Shown here in pieces: positions 1 to 7,678 of a stretch of 64,000 bases of DNA (positions are counted from its first letter, which is position 1; each line of letters opens with the position of its first letter). The stretch lies in the NCBI GenBank assembly GCA_963740635.1, contig CAVUEQ010000001.1, positions 593,026 through 657,025 of the forward strand. Direction: 5' to 3'. The translations under genes were made by a program, and so were the position numbers. Origin of the DNA: an uncultured bacterium (GTDB lineage: Bacteria > Patescibacteriota > Saccharimonadia > UBA4664). The notes under the pieces are model-generated. The model was not told where the DNA came from and searched no databases. It saw only the letters and a program-made list of their open reading frames with translations.

Positions 1-240
1 GGTCACGACGGGTTTGTGGTCACAATCCTTATCCTTGTTTTTGTCCTGGTCGGACTTTTTGTGGTCGTCTTTATCGGACTGCTTGTGGTTATCCTTGTCC
101 TTGTCGTGGTCGGTTTCGTGAGAAACTTTCACGTTCTTGGAGTGGTCCACATGCTGGTTGTCGCAAGCCAGTGCAACGCTGGGTGATACCAGAGCGGTAC
201 CAAGCGTGAGCGTCATAATGGCATTCTTGAGGACTAACAT
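1..240 (-). CDS. Secreted low-complexity His/Asp/Lys-rich protein; N-terminal part only, since the C-terminus lies beyond the window start
   Basis: ATG at 240 (minus). Manual translation: MLVLKNAIMTLTLGTALVSPSVALACDNQHVDHSKNVKVSHETDHDKDKDNHKQSDKDDHKKSDQDKNKDKDCDHKPVVT, open to position 1. N-terminus looks like a signal peptide. Absent from the ORF track because it has no stop in the window. Confidence 0.5.
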   Translation of the reverse strand, partial: MLVLKNAIMTLTLGTALVSPSVALACDNQHVDHSKNVKVSHETDHDKDKDNHKQSDKDDHKKSDQDKNKDKDCDHKPVVT

Positions 241-303
241 TATCTATGAGTATCCTTATTGACAAATTATGCATTTTGTTTGGTGGTAATTTTGTTAGAA
301 GCC

Positions 304-332
304 ATGATACCACTAACGTATACTTTTGTCAA
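304..332 (-). promoter_or_regulatory. Sigma70-like promoter for the His/Asp/Lys-rich protein gene
   Basis: On the minus strand: TTGACA (332..327), 17-nt spacer, TATCAT (309..304), about 65 nt upstream of ATG 240. Confidence 0.4.
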
Positions 333-345
333 TGCTTTTTAGCTA

Positions 346-801
346 AACCACCCTCACTTTCAGGTACACGCCCAGTGATAAACAGCTATACCATCACTTC
401 ACCTGCAACGGCGTGATCGGAGGGAACAGGGGTTGATAGTTTCATGTCGTAGTAGGGTTTTACAGATAAGAGGGCCTGTAATGGCGCTGATTATGAGGCA
501 ATTGGGCGGATTCTAAGGGTGACTGAGGCGCCTGGGCGGCGTTGCCGGTTTGGGGATTATTCCCAGTATTGCAATCTGTTTTTTTACCACTGCTTACGCC
601 CATTTCACTTCCCGTGGCAACCTGGTTTGGGCAATTAGGACTCCCAATAGGTCCAGACCACCGGATGAGTGATAAAAGTAGCTACACCATGCATTTTCGA
701 AACACGACGTCCTCCGAGCACGCCGGCTGCTGGCATATTCATGGCATAATAGGCCCACGATAGCCCCCTGCCGCTGGAGATGCCTGAAAGTGAGGGTGGT
801 T
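346..801. repeat. 19-bp perfect inverted repeat (346..364 / 783..801) bracketing a 418-bp non-coding segment
   Basis: AACCACCCTCACTTTCAGG at 346..364 is the exact reverse complement of CCTGAAAGTGAGGGTGGTT at 783..801. The interior has no convincing ORF. It carries an internal direct repeat, AGTGATAAA..AGCTA.ACCAT, at about 371 and about 668. Confidence 0.8.
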
Positions 802-866
802 GGACCTTTTTGCTTCCGGCAATATACCTAATGCTCTATGGGAGACGATGTGCTACAAGGCTAGGT

Positions 867-1295
867 ATGAACCAAAGCGATGATTTGACTCACCAGAAGT
901 CCACCGGGCGGGAGCGGAGATACCAGTTGTCCGCGGCGCTGCTTGAGCGGGTAGAAGCTTTGGCGGCCGCCAATCCGGAGGAAATATTTACGGTTTGGGG
1001 CGGGAATCTGAGGTGCTATTACGCCTCTGCGTCGACCACCATAGTGCGGCGGGGTTACCGTCCCGAGGAGATGATCGGGCACCACGCGCGGGAATATGTG
1101 CATGTGAGCGATATGGCTCATTTGTTACTCGCCAAGTCCGATACGGAATTGACAGGCAAATCGATAGAAATGACCGTTGCTTTTCGCAATAAGGATGGCG
1201 AGCGGATACGCGTCCGCAGCAAAACCGTACTAGTGAAGGACCCGGATAGCGGCAAACTGTTCTTTTTGACCCGAACGGTGCCGCTCGAGCGCTAG
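867..1295 (+). CDS. PAS-domain-like small cytoplasmic protein
   Basis: ORF track 780..1295, trimmed to ATG 867 (MNQSDDLTHQK...) because 780-866 overlaps the right IR arm and is AT-richer. The C-terminal part has a PAS-like pattern (GHHAREYVHVSD...MTVAFRNKDGERIRVRSKTVLVKD). Start is uncertain. Confidence 0.5.
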   Translation: MNQSDDLTHQKSTGRERRYQLSAALLERVEALAAANPEEIFTVWGGNLRCYYASASTTIVRRGYRPEEMIGHHAREYVHVSDMAHLLLAKSDTELTGKSIEMTVAFRNKDGERIRVRSKTVLVKDPDSGKLFFLTRTVPLER

Positions 1296-1314
1296 GCGGG
1301 CTCGCAGGTGCGGG

Positions 1315-3069
1315 TTATTTGGCGAGCTGGGGGGTGACCTCGGCGAGAGCCTGGGTCATCGTTTCGACCGCGACGCCGGAATTCTTGACGGCAGCCATGT
1401 CGGCGTCGAAGACGGCCGGGGTGGTGCTATACTCCCCTTCTTGCAGATCGGGGCTGATCTGGTGATACACGATGATGAGCCAGGTCTTGTCGTGGACGGC
1501 CTGATTGACCCAGCCCTGAACCTCAGCGGCGGTGGTGAGGTTGGTAATGTTTTGGACCCGCAGGCGGTAGAGGTCGGTGTCGTCCTTGGAATTGTAGCCG
1601 GGGTCGGTGGTGCGGTAGGACTTATAATACTTGGCCGCGGCAGCGATGGTCTGATTGTTGTAGGTGCCGTAGGGAGCGGCGAAGTCCGAAATGGGGCCGC
1701 CAAATTTATTGGTGAGCGTGGTCTGGCTGTTTTTGAGCTCGTTATTGAGCTTGGTGGCGTTCAGCGTGGTGAGGTCAAGGTGGTTGACGGTGTGGGAGCC
1801 AATTTCATTCCCGGCCTGCTTGATCGCCGAAATTTCGGCCACGGTCATATAGTCTGGCTGCTTAGTGAGGTAGCCGGAGATGATGTAATACGTCGCCTTG
1901 AGGCCGTATTTGTTCATGATGGGCAGACCCTGAGTGTACTGGTTGGCCCAGCCGTCGTCGAAGGTGAGAGTGACGATGGCACGGTTGAAACCGATGGGCG
2001 CGTAGGGCAGGAAGCTGAAATCGTTGGTGGTGAGGGTGCCGTTTTGGTACATCAGGTGCATGAGGCTGGCCTTGGCGACGCCGGCTGGTATGACGTACTC
2101 GAGGCGCAGGTGGGTCCAGGTGGAGGCGGCGAGCGCCGTGCCAACGTAGAGATACTGCATGGTGCCGTCGTTCATCGTAAGGGCAATGTCAACCTCAGAT
2201 TGCACACTCGACTTGTACCAGTCGGTGAACACATAGTCTTTGCCCGGCGTGACGGCCTGGGGGGTGTAGGCCCAGTTGGCGGTCCCGCTGGCGTAACCCG
2301 TGACTGTGAGGCCCAGGCTGCGCGAGCCGGTATGGCCGGTAGTGAGGTAGCTAAAAGCAGAGTTGTTGGTGCCCCAGCTCGAATGGGTCCAGTCTTGGGG
2401 CTGGCCGTTCACGGCCGTCTCGACCGACGGGTTCGGCACACCGGTGGCTGAGGGCGGAGGCGTGGGGGTTGGGCTCGGTGTTGGGGTTGGGCTCGGGGTG
2501 GGCGTAGGCGTGGGCGACGGCGATGCGCCGGCTGTGCCGAGCGCGAAATTATCGGTGGTGAGCGTGCCGTTGGCCGCGATCACGTGGAACACGGTGGCCT
2601 GCTTGGCGCCGGCCGGGGCGGTAAAGTTGGCCGAAAACTGCTTCCAGGCCGAGCTCGCGGATACTGCTCCCAGATCAAGGTAGCTGAGGTTGCCGGCGCC
2701 GTCGTCAATTTGGACGAAGGCGTTGGTGGCCACGGTCGACTGGTAGTAGTCACTGAAGGTGTACTGCGCGCCGCCGGTGACGGCCACCGGGGCAAAGTAC
2801 CATTTGGCGTCACCGTCGGTGTAGCCGCTCACGCTCACGCTGAGCGCGTGCGCACCGTCTTCGGCGCCCGAATTGGTGTAGCTAAAGACCGGAGTGTTGG
2901 CGCCCCAGTGACCCTGGAGCCAGCCGTCGGGGGCGCCGCCGGTGGCGGTTTCGGCCGAGGGGTTGGCTACCAGGTTCGGCCCGGCCGCACGGGCGCCGGC
3001 CAGTGGCTGCATGAGTCCGAGCAGGACCAACGCGGTGGCTAGAATTTGTGGCATTTTCTTGAATGTCAT
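1315..3069 (-). CDS. Secreted polysaccharide deacetylase (CE4/NodB domain) with two N-terminal CBM-like sugar-binding modules
   Basis: 584 aa. RBS AAGGAGGG precedes ATG 3069. Signal peptide MTFKKMPQILATALVLLGLMQPLAGARA. Two repeated modules of about 150 aa (NPS.E...P.GW...WG.N...FSY...TDNF) are separated by a PT-rich linker. C-terminal NodB motifs TFDDGW and HTVNH. Confidence 0.9.
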   Translation of the reverse strand: MTFKKMPQILATALVLLGLMQPLAGARAAGPNLVANPSAETATGGAPDGWLQGHWGANTPVFSYTNSGAEDGAHALSVSVSGYTDGDAKWYFAPVAVTGGAQYTFSDYYQSTVATNAFVQIDDGAGNLSYLDLGAVSASSAWKQFSANFTAPAGAKQATVFHVIAANGTLTTDNFALGTAGASPSPTPTPTPSPTPTPSPTPTPPPSATGVPNPSVETAVNGQPQDWTHSSWGTNNSAFSYLTTGHTGSRSLGLTVTGYASGTANWAYTPQAVTPGKDYVFTDWYKSSVQSEVDIALTMNDGTMQYLYVGTALAASTWTHLRLEYVIPAGVAKASLMHLMYQNGTLTTNDFSFLPYAPIGFNRAIVTLTFDDGWANQYTQGLPIMNKYGLKATYYIISGYLTKQPDYMTVAEISAIKQAGNEIGSHTVNHLDLTTLNATKLNNELKNSQTTLTNKFGGPISDFAAPYGTYNNQTIAAAAKYYKSYRTTDPGYNSKDDTDLYRLRVQNITNLTTAAEVQGWVNQAVHDKTWLIIVYHQISPDLQEGEYSTTPAVFDADMAAVKNSGVAVETMTQALAEVTPQLAK

Positions 3070-3193
3070 TTGTTGGTCCCTCCTTGGAACTCATTTCATC
3101 GAACATTTATGATACTCGAACGGATGATGGCCGGGGGCGCGAGGCCCCCGAAAGTACAGTTCGCGCGCGCGAGCTGCAAACTTGGCTAGCTGC

Positions 3194-3304
3194 TTACCTT
3201 CCGGCCCCGAACAAGCTCACAAGGAAGCTGCCCGTGGACAATAGGTGGTAAGCCACCACTACCGCGAGAGCCGCGGCGCCGGTGATACCAAGCAGGCGCT
3301 TCAT
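3194..3304 (-). CDS. 36-aa single-TM micro-protein
   Basis: Manual translation: MKRLLGITGAAALAVVVAYHLLSTGSFLVSLFGAGR. ATG 3304 lies 2 nt after the stop of the preceding micro-ORF. Below the ORF-track size cut-off. Confidence 0.35.
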   Translation of the reverse strand: MKRLLGITGAAALAVVVAYHLLSTGSFLVSLFGAGR

Positions 3305-3306
3305 GA

Positions 3307-3480
3307 TTAGCGCTTTGAGAACTTAGTGGCAGCCATGTAGACGATAGCCCAAACAGCGAGGCCGGCGGCCGCCGCGACGGCGATCTCCACAACGTTGCTC
3401 ACACCGGTCAGAGGCAAAACAGCCGCAGTGGTCGCAGCGCCTAGAACCGCAGGAACGGGGGTAGGAGTAGGTGTATACAT
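3307..3480 (-). CDS. 57-aa micro-protein with a C-terminal LPXTG-like sorting-signal architecture
   Basis: Manual translation: MYTPTPTPVPAVLGAATTAAVLPLTGVSNVVEIAVAAAAGLAVWAIVYMAATKFSKR. It has LPLTG, then a hydrophobic stretch, then a basic tail. RBS AAAGGA lies 7 nt before ATG 3480, and the ORF starts 15 nt after the GT2 stop. Confidence 0.45.
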   Translation of the reverse strand: MYTPTPTPVPAVLGAATTAAVLPLTGVSNVVEIAVAAAAGLAVWAIVYMAATKFSKR

Positions 3481-3494
3481 TACGCGTCCTTTCG

Positions 3495-4691
3495 TTAGTT
3501 AGTTACTGCCGCAGCATTCATGATGCGGTATCGGCGCCCAGCGGTAGTCCAGCCCGCTTCCGTGCTGAACTTGCGCTGGACGACGATTTCGTACCACGAC
3601 TTAAAGAACACAACCAAATTGACGAACCGCAACATATAGAACATCGGGAACGCCGCCACCACGCCAGGCCGGTGATTGAGGCGGGCCGACCAGATGGTGA
3701 ACATCAAGAAGATGACCATATCGTTGAGGAACATGAGGGCAAGCGGTGCGTAGTTTTGGCCCCACCAAGCCAAGAATGGCACTACGGTGAGCTCCAGCAA
3801 CAGCACCACCTCCTCCAGGATCATGAAGCCCATGTAGGCGTCGAGGCGGTGGGGGCGCAGGCCCACCTTGTGCCGGAGCATCACCTGCCAAGCGCCCCGG
3901 TACCAGCGGGAAATCTGCTTCCAGTAGTCGCCGAAGTCCTTGGGGTCCTGGGTGAAGGCCTTGGCCTGCGGAATGTAGGCGATTTTGCCGATCTTCTGGC
4001 GGTGGATCTGCATGGTGAGGTCCATGTCCTCGGTCAACGACGGTTGGGTGAAATCGAGCTGGTCGATAATGTCGGTCCGGAACACGCAGGTGGCGCCGGG
4101 GATCACGGGGATGACGCCGAGGAAGTTCTGGATGCGCCGCATTATTTCCAGGCCGAGGGTGTACTCATAGGTGCGGTATTTGGAGATCCAACCGCCCTCG
4201 AGGCTCTGGACATGGCCGGTGGCCGCCACGAACGAATCGTCGAGGCGGGCCTTGAGCTCGTCGAAGTAGCTCGGGGTAAACACGCCGTCGGCGTCGGCGA
4301 TGTGGACCCAGGTGTAGCGCTGCTCGATGCCGAAGTGCTTGATGCCGCCCAGGATCGCCATGGCCTTGCCGCCTTGGGGCTGGGCGAAGACGTTGTACCA
4401 CGGCAGGTGCGAGAGCGCGATGAGCACGGTGGTGTCAATGGAGCCGTCGGACACCACGAAAATGTCGGCGGCGTCCATGCCGGCGGCCAGCGCCGAGCGC
4501 ACCGTGGCGGCAATCACCACCTCCTCGTTGTGAGCAGGCAGAATGAGTGCGATCGAGCGCTTGGGCTCCGCGGGTGATTTAGCTGTGGCGATGTCTTGCA
4601 TGAAATGGTGAATGCTCTTGTTACTAAAATCAGAGGGCCGCAGCAAGCGCTGCAGTACCCTCTGATATCCTTTTATTTCCGAATTAAACAT
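3495..4691 (-). CDS. Processive family-2 glycosyltransferase (IcaA/PgaC/NodC/chitin-synthase-like beta-glycan synthase)
   Basis: 398 aa. Motifs ILPAHNEE, VSDGS, TEDMDLT and QISRW (QxxRW). Several C-terminal TM helices. Confidence 0.9.
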   Translation of the reverse strand: MFNSEIKGYQRVLQRLLRPSDFSNKSIHHFMQDIATAKSPAEPKRSIALILPAHNEEVVIAATVRSALAAGMDAADIFVVSDGSIDTTVLIALSHLPWYNVFAQPQGGKAMAILGGIKHFGIEQRYTWVHIADADGVFTPSYFDELKARLDDSFVAATGHVQSLEGGWISKYRTYEYTLGLEIMRRIQNFLGVIPVIPGATCVFRTDIIDQLDFTQPSLTEDMDLTMQIHRQKIGKIAYIPQAKAFTQDPKDFGDYWKQISRWYRGAWQVMLRHKVGLRPHRLDAYMGFMILEEVVLLLELTVVPFLAWWGQNYAPLALMFLNDMVIFLMFTIWSARLNHRPGVVAAFPMFYMLRFVNLVVFFKSWYEIVVQRKFSTEAGWTTAGRRYRIMNAAAVTN

Positions 4692-4722
4692 TGTGAAGTA
4701 ATCTCGTCATTTTGTCAACCCC

Positions 4723-6120
4723 CTATTTGGTTCCTTCCCGGTTTTGCGTCTTCAGGTAGGCTGAATGCATGGTCTCGATAGACAGCCCGGAAGCCTTCAC
4801 GCTCACCAGATCGGTCTCAAAGTCGGCCGGCGATCGCGAGTACTCACCCCCGTTGGCGGCCACCTGGTGGTACACCAGGATGAGCCAAGTGTGGTTTTGC
4901 TTGGCGGTGGTAAGCCACGCGCGCATCTGCATAGGGGTGGTGTCGGCGCGGACGTTTTCAACCTTGAGCTGGTAGGGGTTGAGGGCGTCGGGCGAGTTGA
5001 AGCCGACCTCGGTGGAGCGGGAGGTTTCGTAGAGGGACTTCACGGCTGCGGTGGTTTGGGCATTGCTGGCGCCAAAGGGCGGCGCGAAATCAGCGACGTC
5101 ACCGTAGCACTTGGTGAGGCCGTCGTGGGACAGCTTGACCTGCTTCTGCAAATCCTGGTCGCTGAGCTTGGTGAGGTCGGGGTGGTTGTAGGTGTGGGAG
5201 GCCACCTCGTGGCCGGCTTTGGTGAAGTCATAAACCTGGCCCGGGGTCATGTACTGGTTTAGCTGCCCCAGGAAGCCGGACACGAGGTACTGCGTGCTCA
5301 CCACGCCGTAGCTGTTCAGCAGCGGCAGCGCGTTGTCGTGGATGCTGCGCCAGCCGTCGTCGAAGGTGAGAGAGACCATGCCGGTGGCAAAGCCGGGGGC
5401 GGTAGCCGATTGCAGGGTGTAATTGTCGGTTTCAAGCCAGCCGGCGCGGTCGAGCGGGTGCGAAATTTGGATCTCGGTGACGTCGGCCGGCACGAAGAAA
5501 CGCTGAGTGTAGAGCGCCCAGCCGTCGGAGGCGGCGGTGGTGTCGAGGTTCACGAATTGCTGCTTGCCGCTAGCCTCCTTGAGCATGAGCACGGCGCGGG
5601 TGGTGACGTTTGAGCGGTAATTGTCCTGGAATTGGTAGTAGGCGCCGGGGGTGACCGCGAGGTTGCCGGTGAACCAGTCGGCGGTGCCGTCGGTGTAACT
5701 GCCGACGTCGATGCGCAGGCCGGTGCGGGAGCCGTAGCCGGCCACCACGGTGAAGCGGCCGTCGTTGCGGCCGTAGGCGTTACTGTCCCAGCCGCGCGGG
5801 TGGGTGCCGGCCGAGGTTTCCAGGTTGCCGTTAGGAACGAGGTTGCCGGAGGTGAGGGTGACCGGGGCGTACTCGACGCCCGGCCCGAGGCCGGCCGCGT
5901 CGGGCAGGGTCACGGCTTCGTCGGAATGCACATCGGCCTGGACCGAGCTGGGGGCCTTGGCGTGGGCGATGAAAGCGCCGGCCGAACAGCGGCTGTCGGT
6001 GATGGCTTGGCCAATATCAATCGTGCCGCGGCCGAGGGCGTAGGAGCCGGAGGCAGCAAGCAGGACGAGGATAATTAGAAAAGCGCGAAATTTAGTTAAC
6101 ACTCTAGGGCAAAGCCACAA
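4723..6120 (-). CDS. Secreted polysaccharide deacetylase (CE4/NodB) with one N-terminal CBM-like module
   Basis: 465 aa. TM/signal segment FRAFLIILVLLAASGSYALG. CBM-like module (VPNGNLE...GWDSNAYG...TDNY). NodB motifs TFDDGW and HTYNH. The start could be TTG 6120 or GTG 6102. Confidence 0.9.
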   Translation of the reverse strand: MWLCPRVLTKFRAFLIILVLLAASGSYALGRGTIDIGQAITDSRCSAGAFIAHAKAPSSVQADVHSDEAVTLPDAAGLGPGVEYAPVTLTSGNLVPNGNLETSAGTHPRGWDSNAYGRNDGRFTVVAGYGSRTGLRIDVGSYTDGTADWFTGNLAVTPGAYYQFQDNYRSNVTTRAVLMLKEASGKQQFVNLDTTAASDGWALYTQRFFVPADVTEIQISHPLDRAGWLETDNYTLQSATAPGFATGMVSLTFDDGWRSIHDNALPLLNSYGVVSTQYLVSGFLGQLNQYMTPGQVYDFTKAGHEVASHTYNHPDLTKLSDQDLQKQVKLSHDGLTKCYGDVADFAPPFGASNAQTTAAVKSLYETSRSTEVGFNSPDALNPYQLKVENVRADTTPMQMRAWLTTAKQNHTWLILVYHQVAANGGEYSRSPADFETDLVSVKASGLSIETMHSAYLKTQNREGTK

Positions 6121-6183
6121 TTACAATCGGTCATTATACCCAAACATTAGCATTATGTCAATAACGCTTAGCCCGAATAAATC

Positions 6184-6215
6184 AAAAAACACCGGCACTG
6201 CGGCGGGTGTTTTTT
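6184..6215. terminator. Bidirectional intrinsic-terminator-like hairpin
   Basis: AAAAAA-CACCGGCACTGCGGCGGGTG-TTTTTT. An imperfect GC stem is flanked by an A6 run and a T6 run. It lies downstream of the 6283..7440 gene. Confidence 0.55.
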
Positions 6216-6282
6216 GGAATAATGCCGTAGGCGGCGGGGACGAGGCTGTGTGCCCCGTCCCCCCGCATGACCGCATCGAACC

Positions 6283-7440
6283 TCAGTGCTTGAACTCTGG
6301 CCAGTTCCGGACAGTGCGGATCACCGACTGGACTGCTTGGGTCTCGCCGGGAATCTGCGTCATGTAGGGATAGAAATAGAACAAGATGTTCTTCACGTGA
6401 GCCTTCACCAAGTCGCGGATGGTCTGGACCATCACGTCGGGTGGCGGGGCGCCCTGGTTGGACTTGGCCGGGTTGGGCGGGAAATGGAAGTGCGTGACGT
6501 TGTCGGGCTCGTTGACTGCGTAGCTGAAAGCCTGGATGGCCATTCCGCTGTGCTTCGACCCGGCTGACGACACGACAGCAGCCGCCATCGTGCCCATGTA
6601 TGCGACGGTGCCGTAGGTCTGCGTCTGGCCGTCTGGTCCGGGCGGGTTGCCGTAGTCGCGCGTGTTGTCCGGGTAGGCGTAGTAGTCGCCCACCAAGTCG
6701 TCGGTGGCAGTCTTCACCATACCTAGGAACTTCTGGTTGCCATCGCCGTTGTTGTACATGGTGACGAGGGCGTGCTTCTTGGTGATGCGGTGGAGCTCAT
6801 CGAAGCGGTGCTTGAGCAGCGGCAGATTCTGAGCCACGTCGTCCAGGCTTCCGGGCAGCTCGTCGCTGAGGTAGTAGCGCGAGATCACCGAGTGGTATGG
6901 GCTGTTCTCGAACCAGTTCACGATAGCTTCAAACTCAGCGTCGGTGTTGATGCCGTCGAGCTGCTCGGAGGTGAGCGGTTGTCCGCCGTTGGCCGCCACG
7001 GCCTGCTTGATGCAGGGATCGTTCGGGTCCACCTGGTTGGTAAACTGGTGGTGGAAGTGCTCGTCGACCAGATCCGGGTCGAGGTCCTTACAGCCGATGA
7101 TGTCCTTGAGCGGGACCACCTGCTTGACGTGCAGGATATGGGAATCGCTGAGCACGCCGTTGATCTTGGACTTGTCCGCGTTGAGTAGCGAGTAGTTGAT
7201 CTCCTCATCGATCTTGGCGGACTTATCGGCGGCCATCAGCAGGCCGTCGCGGAACGCCTGGGTGCCGGGCTGGCCGGAGTCGAACATGGAGATCAGGACC
7301 GGCTGGTTCTGGTGGAGCACGATCAGGCCCGTTACCGAGCCCGCGATTGCCAGGACGGCGATCACGGCCAGTACTACGACGGTGCGAAACCGGGGTTGGT
7401 GTAAGCGCCGCGGTCGATCACGTTGCGCACGATCAGTCAT
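6283..7440 (-). CDS. N-terminally membrane-anchored extracytoplasmic protein, function unknown
   Basis: 385 aa. Basic N-terminus followed by a TM helix (TVVVLAVIAVLAIAGSVTGLIVL). No motif I recognise. Candidate promoter TTGACC-17-TAAAGT on the minus strand at 7533..7505. Confidence 0.75.
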   Translation of the reverse strand: MTDRAQRDRPRRLHQPRFRTVVVLAVIAVLAIAGSVTGLIVLHQNQPVLISMFDSGQPGTQAFRDGLLMAADKSAKIDEEINYSLLNADKSKINGVLSDSHILHVKQVVPLKDIIGCKDLDPDLVDEHFHHQFTNQVDPNDPCIKQAVAANGGQPLTSEQLDGINTDAEFEAIVNWFENSPYHSVISRYYLSDELPGSLDDVAQNLPLLKHRFDELHRITKKHALVTMYNNGDGNQKFLGMVKTATDDLVGDYYAYPDNTRDYGNPPGPDGQTQTYGTVAYMGTMAAAVVSSAGSKHSGMAIQAFSYAVNEPDNVTHFHFPPNPAKSNQGAPPPDVMVQTIRDLVKAHVKNILFYFYPYMTQIPGETQAVQSVIRTVRNWPEFKH

Positions 7441-7534
7441 CTTGGATCGCCTGCCTATCGGGAGGTTTGAGTATTCGGATGAAAGGTTCGTTCGGGTCGG
7501 CGCAACTTTACTATGTTTTTATCTGAAGGTCAAC

Positions 7535-7558
7535 AAAAACAGCCTCGATGAGAGGCTG
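7535..7558 (-). terminator. Intrinsic terminator
   Basis: Minus strand reads CAGCCTC-tcatc-GAGGCTG followed by TTTTTG. 7-bp stem at 7540..7546 / 7552..7558. Confidence 0.6.
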
Positions 7559-7586
7559 TAAATGTTTATGGTTAACGTGATAATTG

Positions 7587-7644
7587 CGTTCCGCGGTGAG
7601 GAACGCAGGGCGGTAACCCTACGTTCCTCACCGTTGCCGGAACG
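7587..7644 (-). other. Nested double-stem hairpin downstream of the 7679..8857 gene (copy 1 of a structurally conserved element)
   Basis: Outer stem CGTTCCG/CGGAACG (7587..7593 / 7638..7644). Inner 11-bp stem GGTGAGGAACG/CGTTCCTCACC (7595..7605 / 7622..7632). 5-nt 3' bulge GTTGC on the + strand. Shares the flank TAATTGCGTT with copy 2. Confidence 0.55.
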
Positions 7645-7678
7645 AGGAGCGGTTGTTGCTAGTCGTTCCGGCTGGCCG

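Noticed and set aside
542-763. 73-aa TTG-start ORF inside the IR-bracketed segment.
   Set aside because: It has no RBS and atypical composition, and it lies in an AT-richer non-coding-looking region. No motif.
1441-2451. Long antisense ORFs throughout the window. Examples: 1441..2451 (+), 3471..4577 (+), 11925..13298 (+), 17688..18392 (+), 24439..25350 (+), 46964..47932 (-), 47220..48527 (-), 49313..50170 (-), 53749..54612 (+), 60819..61709 (+).
   Set aside because: Each lies opposite a gene with clear family motifs. Their products are Gly/Arg/Ala/Val-rich low-complexity strings typical of spurious ORFs in GC-rich DNA.
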